Below are positions 33,202 through 42,894 of a DNA stretch of 64,000 nt, in pieces; the stretch's first letter is position 1, and each line of letters starts with the position of its first letter. The position numbers and the translations under genes are program-made. Source of the DNA: Acidobacterium sp. GTDB taxonomy: Bacteria; Acidobacteriota; Vicinamibacteria; Vicinamibacterales; UBA2999. The notes below the pieces were generated by a model. That model had not been told where the DNA came from. It saw only the letters and a list, made by a program, of their open reading frames with translations, and ran no database searches. Location of the stretch: the NCBI GenBank assembly GCA_002737365.1, contig NSIL01000003.1, positions 19,100-83,099 of the forward strand. Reading direction: 5' to 3'.

Positions 33202-35769
33202 ATGCATCCACGAACGATCGCCCTGATTCTGCTGCTGCCGTTGGCCGCCGCCCTGTCCGCGCAGACGCCACCTAAAGTCAGCGGCCTCACGCAGCTGCTC
33301 GAGTCGCACCTGGCGGGTTTCCCGGCCCGCACCGGCCTCTACGTCAAGCACTTGGGCACCGGCGAGGAAGCCGCCGTGCGCGGCGACGAGTCGTTCAGCA
33401 GCGCCAGCGTCATCAAGCTCGCGATCATGATCCGCGCGTTCCAGTTGGTCGATGCGAAGACGCTCGACCTGAACGCGCGCGTGACCATCGGCCGCGCCGA
33501 CCTGCGTGACGGCAGCGGCGTGCTGCAGTATCACGACCTCGGCCTGACGCCGACCTACCGCGACCTGATCACCGAGATGGTGATCACCAGCGACAACACC
33601 GCCACCGACCTGATGGTGCAGAAAATTGGCGGCGTCGAGGCGTTGAACAAATGGCTCATGGCCTCGGGGTTCACGCACACGCAGATGGTGGGCCGCGGCC
33701 ACGAGTACCGCAAGAAGCTGCTGACGCTCATCAATCCCGAGTTCGCGAACCTGACGCCCGAAGAAACGACGGGGCTGCAATATGCGTCGCAGGACAGCGC
33801 GCTGTTTGCTCTCTATGCGGACATCTTTACGGGACCGCGAGCGAAGTGGGTCGAGCTGGTCCGAGATCCAGTGAATCGCCGCACATTAGCTGGGCATCGC
33901 AACCGTCTGACGGTGCAAGACCGCGCCTATTGGCTGGGTGATATGACGCCGCGCGAGACCGGCCGGTTGCTCGAGGCCGTTGAACGCGGCACGCTGACGT
34001 CGAAGGCGAGCGCCACCGCCATGAAGACGATCATGAGCCGGCAGCAGGCCGGCAGCCGCCGCCTGCCACACTTCCTCGACGTACCGGTGGCCCACAAGAC
34101 CGGCGACAGCGGCGTGATCGCCAACGATGTCGGCCTGGTGTCGGCGCGCTCTGGCACGGTGATCATCTCGTTCTTCGTCAACGGCATTACCGGGTCGTAC
34201 GGCGAGGCCGAGGACCGCATGGGCCGCGCGGCGCGCGAGATTGTCGATTACTTCGATGGCGGCACGCCGCGACCGCCGGCGCCGGCGGCGGCGCTGCCGC
34301 AGTACGAGCGGACGGTGCTGCTCGAGTCGACCTCCGAGACCTCGGCCAACGTCAGCATTGGCGACGTCAACGGTGACGGCAACCCCGACCTCGTGCTTGC
34401 CAAGGGCCGCCACTGGCCGCTGGTCGACCGCGTGTTGCTCGGCGACGGCCGCGGCGGATTTCCGACGGCTCACGATTTGGGGACCGCATCCGACCGATCG
34501 TATTCCGGCCACCTCGTCGACCTCGACGGCGATGGCGACCTGGATGTCGTGATCAGCAACGACCGGCCCGATCCCAAGCTCGTCTACCTGAACGACGGCA
34601 CCGGCCACTTCCGTGCCGGGTCCACGTATGGCTCAGCCGAGTGGCCGACGCGCCACGCCACCGTGGTGGATCTCAATGCCGATGGCTTCGCCGACATCGT
34701 CGTTGCCAATCGCACCGGCGAGCGGCCGGGCGCCAGCTACATCTGCTTCGGCAAGGGCCGCGGCCAGTTCGAGGCGGCGTGCGAGAAGTTCGCCACCGAG
34801 TCGGCCACCACGATCACGGCCGCCGATGTTACCGGTGATGGCCGGGTGGACCTGATCGTGCCGCACCGCGACGGTGGGCAGAGTCATGTCTACGTCAACG
34901 GTGGCAAGGGCACGTTCGCCGGCGCGGCTCGCGTGCCGTTCGGCCCTGTGGATGCGAACATCCGCATGTCGGCCGCAGCCGATCTGAACGGCGATGGCCG
35001 GCAGGACCTGGTCACCATCGACGAGAAGACCGGCGTGGCGGTCTACTTCGGCGAGACCGGCAATCGGCTGTCGGCGGCCGTGCCGATTGGTTTGGGCGAC
35101 AAGGCGCCGTATGCGGTCGCGCTTGGCGACCTCGATGGCGACAGCAAGACCGACATCGTCGTCGGCTACATCGAAGCGCGGCCGGCCGTGTTCTTCAATC
35201 ACGGATCGGGCCGCCGATTCACGCCGGTGCTGTTTGGCGATGCTGCAGGCACCGCCTACGGCCTGGCGATTGGTGACCTCGACAAGGACGGCCGGCTCGA
35301 CATCGCGGTGGCGCGATCCGAGGCGCCGAACGTCCTCTACTTCGGCGGCGCCGCGGGCCAGCAGACCCGCAGTCCAGCGCCGGTTCGACGCGTGATTCAG
35401 CCCGCCGGCTACAAGCCCACACCGTCGCCGCTCGTGCCGGGCATTCTGGTGGGCGACACGCTGTACTTGTCGGGCAGCACGGGCGGTGACCCGGTCTCGG
35501 GCCAGTTGGTGCCCGGCGGCCTCGAGCCCGAGATGAAACAGATCATGACCAACGTCCAGACCGTGCTGGCCGCCGCTGACATGTCGCTCAACGACGTCGT
35601 CGCCGTCACCACCTACCTGGCCGACATGGCCGACTTCGCGAGGTTCAACGCGATCTATACCTCGTACTTCCCGAACGGCGCCTATCCCACGCGTTCAACC
35701 GTGGCCGTGACACAGCTGGCGCGCGGCGCGCGGCTTGAGATTACGATGACCGCCGTACGCAGCAAGTAG
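33202..35769 (+). CDS. Exported fusion: class-A beta-lactamase-like serine hydrolase + 7 FG-GAP/VCBS repeats + RidA (YjgF/L-PSP) domain
   Basis: Signal peptide. SASVIK (SxxK), SDN, KTGD. Seven DxDxDGxxD loops (DVNGDGNPD, DLDGDGDLD, DLNADGFAD, DVTGDGRVD, DLNGDGRQD, DLDGDSKTD, DLDKDGRLD). C-terminal LYLSGSTGG...YPTRSTVAV...EITMTAV. Confidence 0.8.
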   Translation: MHPRTIALILLLPLAAALSAQTPPKVSGLTQLLESHLAGFPARTGLYVKHLGTGEEAAVRGDESFSSASVIKLAIMIRAFQLVDAKTLDLNARVTIGRADLRDGSGVLQYHDLGLTPTYRDLITEMVITSDNTATDLMVQKIGGVEALNKWLMASGFTHTQMVGRGHEYRKKLLTLINPEFANLTPEETTGLQYASQDSALFALYADIFTGPRAKWVELVRDPVNRRTLAGHRNRLTVQDRAYWLGDMTPRETGRLLEAVERGTLTSKASATAMKTIMSRQQAGSRRLPHFLDVPVAHKTGDSGVIANDVGLVSARSGTVIISFFVNGITGSYGEAEDRMGRAAREIVDYFDGGTPRPPAPAAALPQYERTVLLESTSETSANVSIGDVNGDGNPDLVLAKGRHWPLVDRVLLGDGRGGFPTAHDLGTASDRSYSGHLVDLDGDGDLDVVISNDRPDPKLVYLNDGTGHFRAGSTYGSAEWPTRHATVVDLNADGFADIVVANRTGERPGASYICFGKGRGQFEAACEKFATESATTITAADVTGDGRVDLIVPHRDGGQSHVYVNGGKGTFAGAARVPFGPVDANIRMSAAADLNGDGRQDLVTIDEKTGVAVYFGETGNRLSAAVPIGLGDKAPYAVALGDLDGDSKTDIVVGYIEARPAVFFNHGSGRRFTPVLFGDAAGTAYGLAIGDLDKDGRLDIAVARSEAPNVLYFGGAAGQQTRSPAPVRRVIQPAGYKPTPSPLVPGILVGDTLYLSGSTGGDPVSGQLVPGGLEPEMKQIMTNVQTVLAAADMSLNDVVAVTTYLADMADFARFNAIYTSYFPNGAYPTRSTVAVTQLARGARLEITMTAVRSK

Positions 35770-35805
35770 GCGTCGGCTCACCCACCCGAGAGACAGGAGT
35801 TCTTC

Positions 35806-36744
35806 ATGAAGCGAGTCAATGCGGCGGTTGTGATGGTGTGCGTCTTGTCAGCCTCGACGTTGTTGGCGCAGGCGCCCGCAGCCGCACCCGCGAATCCGCT
35901 GTGGCACGAGCAGAAGGTCAAGAACTACCTGCCGCACATGACCTCACCCGAAGTCGCCGACCTGTTGACGCGCACCGACATGGTGATTCTGCCGGTGGCG
36001 TCGCTCGAGCAGCACGGCCTGCACGGCCCGATCGGCACCGACTTTCTGAGCGGCCTCGAACGCGCCAAGCTGATCGCCCAGAAGACCGACGTGCTGGTGG
36101 CGCCGATTCTGTTTCCCGGCAACTCGCCGTATCACATGGCGTTTCCCGGCACCATCACGCTGCCGGCCGAGACCATCCAGCTGGTCTTCTTCCAGGCGGC
36201 GCAAAGCCTGCTGGCGCACGGCTTCAAGCGGTTCCTGATTCTGAACAGCCACGGCGGCAATGCCAGCATCTCGCAGTATGTCGTCGATCGTATCAACCAG
36301 GAGACGGGCGGTATTGCCGTGGAACTGGACGACGCCGCCCAGCCGTTCCGGACACGCGCGATCCGGCAGGGGGCGCCGGGGTTCGACCGGCACGGCGGCG
36401 TGAGCGAGACCTCGCGGTCGCTCTACCTGACGCCGAACCTGGTGAACATGAGCGTGGCCCGCACCGCGCCGCTGACGCTGCTCCCGCATCTGCAGAAGAT
36501 GCTGCCGGAGGTCGTGGCTGGCGACCCCACCGCGACGCGCGTGTTCCTCGCCGAGGCGCTCAAGGCCGCGGCGACGGGGAAGGGCACCTCGACCAAGGAC
36601 ATGACCGCGACCGGCGTGTGGAGCGCACTCGACGTGAAGACCGCGACCGCTGAGCGCGGACGCGACGAGACCGAGGCGTCAGTCAACGCCGCCGTCGCGT
36701 TCATCGAGCGCTGGAAGCAACTGCGACCGCTTGGAATTAAGTGA
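35806..36744 (+). CDS. Creatininase-family amidohydrolase with signal peptide
   Basis: MKRVNAAVVMVCVLSASTLLAQA signal. LPVASLEQHGLHGPIGTD and LNSHGGN family motifs. AGGAG RBS. Confidence 0.8.
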   Translation: MKRVNAAVVMVCVLSASTLLAQAPAAAPANPLWHEQKVKNYLPHMTSPEVADLLTRTDMVILPVASLEQHGLHGPIGTDFLSGLERAKLIAQKTDVLVAPILFPGNSPYHMAFPGTITLPAETIQLVFFQAAQSLLAHGFKRFLILNSHGGNASISQYVVDRINQETGGIAVELDDAAQPFRTRAIRQGAPGFDRHGGVSETSRSLYLTPNLVNMSVARTAPLTLLPHLQKMLPEVVAGDPTATRVFLAEALKAAATGKGTSTKDMTATGVWSALDVKTATAERGRDETEASVNAAVAFIERWKQLRPLGIK

Positions 36745-36964
36745 GGGACACGGGCTGTGGAGTGTAGGCGGGAGTGCCAGCCGGACCTCGTTGTAGAATA
36801 CCGCCCGGCTAAATCCGGACCTTGCATAAGAGGGCGATGAGCGCGCGATCGGCGTCAGGGAACGGCAAGCCGGCCAGGTTGCCGCGCGGCAGCCGAGCCG
36901 TCGCCACTCGGGGCGGCCTTACTTGGCCGTGATCCAGAAGGACATCTTGACCGATCGTTCGGCA

Positions 36965-38500
36965 CTAACGGGCCACGCGGACCGCTCGGCCTGGTGTCAC
37001 GCCCGGAACGAGCTGCTCGTCGCGGACCACGAACGTGCCGCCGACGATGACGTGGCGAATACCCTCGGAGAACTGCGCGGGCTTTTCGTAGGTGGCACGA
37101 TCGATCACGGTGGCGGCGTCGAAGACGGTCACGTCGGCGTCGGCGCCCACGGCGATCCGTCCCTTCGAGCGCATCGCCGGGACGAACGGCTCCAGACGCT
37201 CAGCCACCATGAGGCTGATCTTGCGGAGCGCAGTCATCAGGTCGAGCACTTTCTCTTCTCGAACGTAGCGGCCGAGCACGCGCGCATAGGTGCCCACCCC
37301 GCGCGGATGGCCGCCGCCGTTGGTGAGGGGCACACCGTCGCTGCCTACCATCACGCCGGGATGCGACAGCGCCGCGCGCACCGAGGCTTCGGGAATCATG
37401 TGGATCACCACGAGCCCGCCCTGCTTGCGATAGCGGGAAAAACTGCCTTCGGTGAGGCGTTCGCCGGTCGCAGCCCATTGCACGTCGTTGAAACCGATGG
37501 CGAAACGCTGCTGCCAGCCGGGCTCGAAGAGCGCCGATTGCAGATACGTGGACGCGGCCGTATATGGATACACCTCCGTCGTCACGTCGAGGCCCTGAGC
37601 GCGGGCTCCGTCGATCATCGACAGCAGCCGCGGCGTCTGCCGTAATCCGTTGCTCCCGATGTGCACGATATGGACCGACGCGCCGGTGGCGGCCACGTTG
37701 GCCAGCACCTCCTGGAGGGCATCGATGCTGCCCCCCGGTTCCACCTCTCCGGCCGATCGCATGTGGATGAACGCCAGCGCCTTGCGGCTCGCCGCGAGCT
37801 CGAAGACTCGGAGCAGCTCGTCGCGCCCGGCCGCCGGAGTGTAGGCCGGCCCCATGCCGATTCCCAACGCGCCGTCGGCGAGGCCGCGATCGAGCCGCGC
37901 GATCATGCCGTCAACTTCGGACGATTCGGCCGGCCGGTATGCCCAGTCTGGCGCGGGATCTGCCGTCGATTGCCGCGTGGCCCGAATCTCGTCCCACGTC
38001 CGCTTCTCGTGCATGATCGCAATTCGTGAATAGATGTGCCCGACCGTGGCGCCGTAATTGAGCAGCGCCTGGCCCTCGCGCGAGCGGTACCAGTCGTTCA
38101 TCGGCATGGCGCCGCTCTCGAGCTCGAGCGCCGTGGTCACCCCGTCGCGCGCCTGGAACTGATTGCCTTCAAGCGTCTGCGCATGGGCGTGCGGGTCGAT
38201 GAAGCCCGGCGCGACCACCAGCCCCGACACATCAACCGTGGTCGCACCCGGCAGCGGCGTGGTACTGATGGCGGCGATCCGGGCACCGCGAATGCCGACG
38301 TGCCGCACGGCGTTCAGCCCGGACGCGGGATCCATGACTCGCCCGCCGGAGAGCACCAGGTCGAAGGGTATCGACGGCTGTGACGCCTGGCCCACCGTGG
38401 CCGCGACGCCGGCGACCAGTGCGGCGGCTGCGAGCGTGGCCCGGAGACGGCGCGACGAGGTGAGCGTGGCCGGTAGTGTCATGCCGGTCATCATATCCAA
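36965..38500 (-). CDS. N-acyl-D-amino-acid deacylase (D-aminoacylase) family amidohydrolase, Tat-like signal
   Basis: SSRRLRATLAAAALVAG. PGFIDPHAHAQ; layout typical of D-aminoacylases. Exact start is uncertain (TTG 38500 or ATGs at 38494/38491/38482). Confidence 0.8.
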   Translation of the reverse strand: MDMMTGMTLPATLTSSRRLRATLAAAALVAGVAATVGQASQPSIPFDLVLSGGRVMDPASGLNAVRHVGIRGARIAAISTTPLPGATTVDVSGLVVAPGFIDPHAHAQTLEGNQFQARDGVTTALELESGAMPMNDWYRSREGQALLNYGATVGHIYSRIAIMHEKRTWDEIRATRQSTADPAPDWAYRPAESSEVDGMIARLDRGLADGALGIGMGPAYTPAAGRDELLRVFELAASRKALAFIHMRSAGEVEPGGSIDALQEVLANVAATGASVHIVHIGSNGLRQTPRLLSMIDGARAQGLDVTTEVYPYTAASTYLQSALFEPGWQQRFAIGFNDVQWAATGERLTEGSFSRYRKQGGLVVIHMIPEASVRAALSHPGVMVGSDGVPLTNGGGHPRGVGTYARVLGRYVREEKVLDLMTALRKISLMVAERLEPFVPAMRSKGRIAVGADADVTVFDAATVIDRATYEKPAQFSEGIRHVIVGGTFVVRDEQLVPGVTPGRAVRVAR

Positions 38501-38570
38501 CCGTCAGCACCGCCCGCGCTCTTCGCTAATCAGCTTGTCGGCTACGTAGTACTTGTAGATGCTGCTCACG

Positions 38571-41500
38571 CTATTGACCGTCTCCCGGGTTGTGCGCCGG
38601 ACGCCTGATTCTCAGCCACGCCCAGGTACGCCCGAAAACCTGCGCGCCCTGGACCTCGTCGAACAGCGAATAGGCCACCGGCGTCACCAGCAGCGTGACC
38701 AGCAGCACCATGGTCTGGCCACCAATCACGACCCAGCCGATGGCGTGGTTGGTGGCGGCACCGACGCCTTGCGACACCACCAGCGGGACCATGCCCGCCA
38801 CAAACGCCAGCGTCGTCATCAGGATCGGCCGCAGTCGATCGCGGCTCGCCTGCACCACCGCGTCGTGGCTGTTCATGCCGGTCTCTTTCAACTGGTTGGC
38901 GTGATCGATCTGCAGAATCGAGTTCTTCTTCACGACCCCGAACAGCACCAGCAAGCCCAGGCCCGAGAAGATGTTCAGCGACTGCTGCGTGATGATCAGC
39001 GACAGCAACGCGAACGGCAGCGTCAGCGGCAACGACAGCAGGATCGTCACCGGATGCAGCCACGACTCGAACTGGGCGGCCAGGATCAGGTACATGAAGA
39101 TGAACGACAGGGCAATCGCCGTGAGAAACGCGGTGGCGGTTCGATTCAGTTCTCGGGACTGACCGGCGAAGTCGGCGCGGTACTCCGGGCCGATATTCAG
39201 CTCGGCCGCGGCGGCGGCGATCTGCTCTTGCGCCGCACCTTGAGAAGTGCCCGGCAGCAGATTGGCCCTGAGCGTCACTTGTCGTAGGCGCCCTACTCGG
39301 TTGATGGTGGCCGGCGAGTCGCCGCGCTTGAACGACGCGATGTTGTCGAGGCTGACAATACCCAGACGCGATGACGGCACCGGCAAGCCGGCGATGGCGT
39401 CGGTCGTGCTGCGATTGGCTTCTTCCGCGCGCAGGTGCACTTCGTACTGCTCGCCGGCGTCGTTGAACGTCGTCACCTGGTCACCGGCCACCAGCAGCCG
39501 AATCGCGTCGGCGGCGTCGGCGATTGACACGCCAAGGTCTGCGGCCTTCGGGCGATCGAGATAGACCGACACTTCCGGTTTGCCGGCGTTGAGCGTGGTG
39601 TCGACGTCAACCAGGCCGGGAATCGCCAGCGCCTTCTCGCGCAGGGCCTCGCTGTAGAGCTCAAGCTGCTTCAGGTCGGGGCCCTGGACCATGAACTGGA
39701 TGCCGCCACCGCCGCCGCCGGGACCACCGCCCTGCTGCACGGCGGTCCGGACTCCGGCCTTCGCATAGAGCGGCAGGATCTCGTTGCGCACCTGCGCCAT
39801 CACCACGAACTGGTCGCGGTCGCGGTCTTCGATCGGCTGCAGGCGGACCAGCATGCTCGCGGTGTTCAAGCTGCCGGCGGCATCGCCCGCCACCGTCACC
39901 AGGGTGAACTCCACTTCAGGAATGGCACGCACCGCCGTGCTCATGCGGTTGGCCAGCAGTTCCATCGACGCCAGGCTGGTGCCTTCGGGCGCGCGCATGG
40001 TGACGTCGAACTGCGACTGGTCGTCCTCGGGCGTGAAGTTGACGGCCGTGAAGCTGAACAGCGGCACGCTCGACAGCAGCACCAGCACGGCGCCGCTCGC
40101 GACCAGGCCCCGGTGCGCCATCGCCCAATTGAGCAGGTGCGTGTAACCACGATCGAGCGGATCGAACAACCGGTTGTGCTTCGAGTCGGTGTGCGCGCCT
40201 TTCGGCTGCGGCTTGAGCCAGTACGCCGACATCATCGGCGTCAGCGTGAAGCTGACAAACAGCGAGACCAGCACCGCAAACGCCATGGTCAGGCCAAAGC
40301 TCTGCATGAACTTGCCGACCATGCCGCTCATGAAACCCACCGGCGCGAAGATCGCGACCAGCGAGAACGTGGTCGCCATCACGGCCAGGCCGATTTCCCT
40401 GGTCGCCTCGACCGCCGCCTGCATGGGCGGCATCCCTTTTTCCTCGATGAACCGGAAGATGTTCTCCAACACCACGATCGCATCGTCAATGACGATGCCC
40501 ACCGACAGTGTCAACGCCAGCATTGTCAGCATGTTGAGCGTGAAGCCCATGTACCAGACCAGCGCGAAGGTCGCGATGATTGAGGTCGGAATGGAGACCG
40601 CCGCGATAATGGTCGAGCGCAGGTTGCCAAGGAACAGGAACACCACGATCGCGGCGAGAATCGAGCCGACGATCAAATGTTCCTGCACGCTGGCGATCGA
40701 CGCCTCGATGAACTGCGCTTCGTCGCGGACGATGCGCAACTGGTAGCCGGCGGGGAGAATGCCCTGCAGGTCGGCGAGGCGCTGCTTGACGTTGTTGGCG
40801 ACCTGCACCGTGTTGGTGCCCGACTGCTTGCGAATTTGCAGCAGCACGGTCGCTTCGCCGTTGACGCTGGCCTGGGTGCGCGGCTCGGCCATGCCGTCTT
40901 CGATCCGAGCGACGTCGCGCAAGCGGACCGGGTGGCCGTCACTCTCGCGCAACACCACGTCGCCAAAGGCGTCGACCGTTTCCAGGCGGCCGCGCGTGCG
41001 CAGCGTCACCGATTGCGCGCCTTGATCCATGCGACCGCCGGGGATGTCGGCGTTCTGCGACTGCAGCGCGCGGGCCACGTCGTTGACCGACAGCCGCTGC
41101 GCGCGCAGCAACGCCGTATCGAGCCAGAGGTTGAGCTGGCGGCTGCGCCCGCCGATGACCACGACCTGGCCAACGCCGTCGGAACTTTCCAGGCGCCGGC
41201 GCAGCACCTTGTCGGCAAACTCGGTGATGTCGCGCACCGGCTTGGCGGCGGTCACGGCGACCGTGATCACCGGCGAGGCGGTGAAGTCGAGTTTCTCCAC
41301 GGTCGGCTGCAGCACCGTCCGCGGCAGCAGCGGCAAGACGCGATTGATGCGGTCGCGCACCTCCTGGGCGGCAATGTCGGCGTTCTTGTCGAGCGTGAAG
41401 GAGACGACCACCTGAGAGATGCCCTCGGACGAGGTCGAGCTCAGGGTGTCGATATTGCTGATGGTATTGACCGCCTCTTCGATCTTGTCGGTGACCTCAG

Positions 41501-41684
41501 TCTCGATCTGCTCGGGCGCGGCACCGGGTAGCCGCGTGGTGATCGAAATGGTCGGAATGTCGATGTTGGGAAAGCGGTCGACGCCCAGCCGGCCAAAGGC
41601 AAACAGCCCGACCACGGTCAGGGACAGCACCAGCACCCAGGCGAACACCGGTCGACGGACACAAATCTCAGCGAGCCACTGCAT
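38571..41684 (-). CDS. RND efflux permease (AcrB/HAE-type)
   Basis: MQWLAEICVRRPVFAWVLVLSL..GVDRFPNIDIPTISITT, 1037 aa with a 12-TM two-fold repeat. Confidence 0.95.
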   Translation of the reverse strand: MQWLAEICVRRPVFAWVLVLSLTVVGLFAFGRLGVDRFPNIDIPTISITTRLPGAAPEQIETEVTDKIEEAVNTISNIDTLSSTSSEGISQVVVSFTLDKNADIAAQEVRDRINRVLPLLPRTVLQPTVEKLDFTASPVITVAVTAAKPVRDITEFADKVLRRRLESSDGVGQVVVIGGRSRQLNLWLDTALLRAQRLSVNDVARALQSQNADIPGGRMDQGAQSVTLRTRGRLETVDAFGDVVLRESDGHPVRLRDVARIEDGMAEPRTQASVNGEATVLLQIRKQSGTNTVQVANNVKQRLADLQGILPAGYQLRIVRDEAQFIEASIASVQEHLIVGSILAAIVVFLFLGNLRSTIIAAVSIPTSIIATFALVWYMGFTLNMLTMLALTLSVGIVIDDAIVVLENIFRFIEEKGMPPMQAAVEATREIGLAVMATTFSLVAIFAPVGFMSGMVGKFMQSFGLTMAFAVLVSLFVSFTLTPMMSAYWLKPQPKGAHTDSKHNRLFDPLDRGYTHLLNWAMAHRGLVASGAVLVLLSSVPLFSFTAVNFTPEDDQSQFDVTMRAPEGTSLASMELLANRMSTAVRAIPEVEFTLVTVAGDAAGSLNTASMLVRLQPIEDRDRDQFVVMAQVRNEILPLYAKAGVRTAVQQGGGPGGGGGGIQFMVQGPDLKQLELYSEALREKALAIPGLVDVDTTLNAGKPEVSVYLDRPKAADLGVSIADAADAIRLLVAGDQVTTFNDAGEQYEVHLRAEEANRSTTDAIAGLPVPSSRLGIVSLDNIASFKRGDSPATINRVGRLRQVTLRANLLPGTSQGAAQEQIAAAAAELNIGPEYRADFAGQSRELNRTATAFLTAIALSFIFMYLILAAQFESWLHPVTILLSLPLTLPFALLSLIITQQSLNIFSGLGLLVLFGVVKKNSILQIDHANQLKETGMNSHDAVVQASRDRLRPILMTTLAFVAGMVPLVVSQGVGAATNHAIGWVVIGGQTMVLLVTLLVTPVAYSLFDEVQGAQVFGRTWAWLRIRRPAHNPGDGQ

Positions 41685-41687
41685 GGC

Positions 41688-42875
41688 TTACCTCACCACG
41701 ACGCGGACGCCGTCAACGATGCGGTCGACGCCGCTGCCGACCACGCGCTCGCCGGCCTTCAGGCCGCTGGTGATCTCCACGCGCTCGCCCACGGCCTGGC
41801 CGACCATGACCACGCGTTCTTCCACACGATCGCCATTCACCACGAACACGCGGGCGGTACCCGACACCGTGCGAACCGCTGTCGCCGGGACCAGCAGCCC
41901 CGGCAGCATGCTGGCCTGTTCGATTTGCGCCGTGGCAAAGAAGCCGGGCTTCAGGCGATTGGCGCTGTTCGGGACGATCGCTTCGAGCGTCAGCGCACGG
42001 GTCGAGGCGACCACCGACGGCGACACGAAGCGGACCTGGCCCACGAACGTTTCACCGGGGTAGGCATCGACCTCGAACGTCACGGCGCGGCCAGTCGCGA
42101 CCACCGAGACAAACTGCTCCGGCACGGTCAGCTCGACGCGAAGGGGATCGACTCGCATGACCGTGGCGACCTTGGTGCCGCGGGTGACGTAGTCGCCGAC
42201 CGAGACGAAGCGCTCTCCGACGACGCCGGCGAAGGGGGCGCGGACGGTGGTGTCCGACAACGCCTTCTGCGCCAGGGTCACGCGGGCGCGAGCGGCGAGC
42301 AGCGATTGATACTGCTGCGCCGCCGTGTTCCTGGCCATGTCGTACTGGCGTTCAGCGGCTTCGGTCTTGGCACTGCTTTGGTCGAACTCCGACTGCGACA
42401 GCAGCTTCTGCGCGTGCAGCGTGCGCGCCCGTTCGAACTCGCTGCGCCCGAGTTGCACATTGGCGCGAGCGCTGGCCACCTCGGGCACATTCTCCACGGC
42501 AAACGCGGCGCCGCTGGCAATGCCGAGCCTGGCTTCAATCTGCGCGGCGTTGGCCTGCGCTTCAATCGCCTGCGCTTCACCCTCAGTCGCCGCCAGTCTC
42601 ACGAGGCTGTCGCTGGTGCTGACGCGGCTGCCACGCTCCACCGGGGTCGCGACCACCCGGCCGGCCACTTCGGCGGCGACCTCAGCCTCCTCCTGCGCGG
42701 TGAGGGTGCCGCTGACGCGGATGAAGCGCTTGATCGGCTGCTCCACCACCTCGACGGTCGAGACGTTGATCACCGCGGCATCAGCGGGCGAGGCCGGGGC
42801 ATCAGCGCCGGCACCGTTGCACGCGACCGCAAGCACGGCGGCTAAGAGGGTGAGGCAGAGATTTCGACGAAACAC
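41688..42875 (-). CDS. RND membrane-fusion (periplasmic adaptor) lipoprotein
   Basis: Start moved to the in-frame GTG 42875 (GAAGGAG 8 nt upstream; VFRRNLCLTLLAAVLAVAC). Coiled-coil hairpin and beta-barrel regions. 3 bp before the RND gene. Confidence 0.88.
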   Translation of the reverse strand: MFRRNLCLTLLAAVLAVACNGAGADAPASPADAAVINVSTVEVVEQPIKRFIRVSGTLTAQEEAEVAAEVAGRVVATPVERGSRVSTSDSLVRLAATEGEAQAIEAQANAAQIEARLGIASGAAFAVENVPEVASARANVQLGRSEFERARTLHAQKLLSQSEFDQSSAKTEAAERQYDMARNTAAQQYQSLLAARARVTLAQKALSDTTVRAPFAGVVGERFVSVGDYVTRGTKVATVMRVDPLRVELTVPEQFVSVVATGRAVTFEVDAYPGETFVGQVRFVSPSVVASTRALTLEAIVPNSANRLKPGFFATAQIEQASMLPGLLVPATAVRTVSGTARVFVVNGDRVEERVVMVGQAVGERVEITSGLKAGERVVGSGVDRIVDGVRVVVR

Positions 42876-42894
42876 GGGCGACGCTCCTTCAGGG

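Noticed and set aside
36745-36964. 220-bp non-coding gap between convergent genes: sRNA, tRNA or micro-ORF (MSFWITAK)?
   Set aside because: There are only short GC-rich stems (CGGCAA..TTGCCG, CCGAG..CTCGG). No cloverleaf, no promoter-like element, and the 8-codon ORF has no RBS. There is insufficient support for any call.
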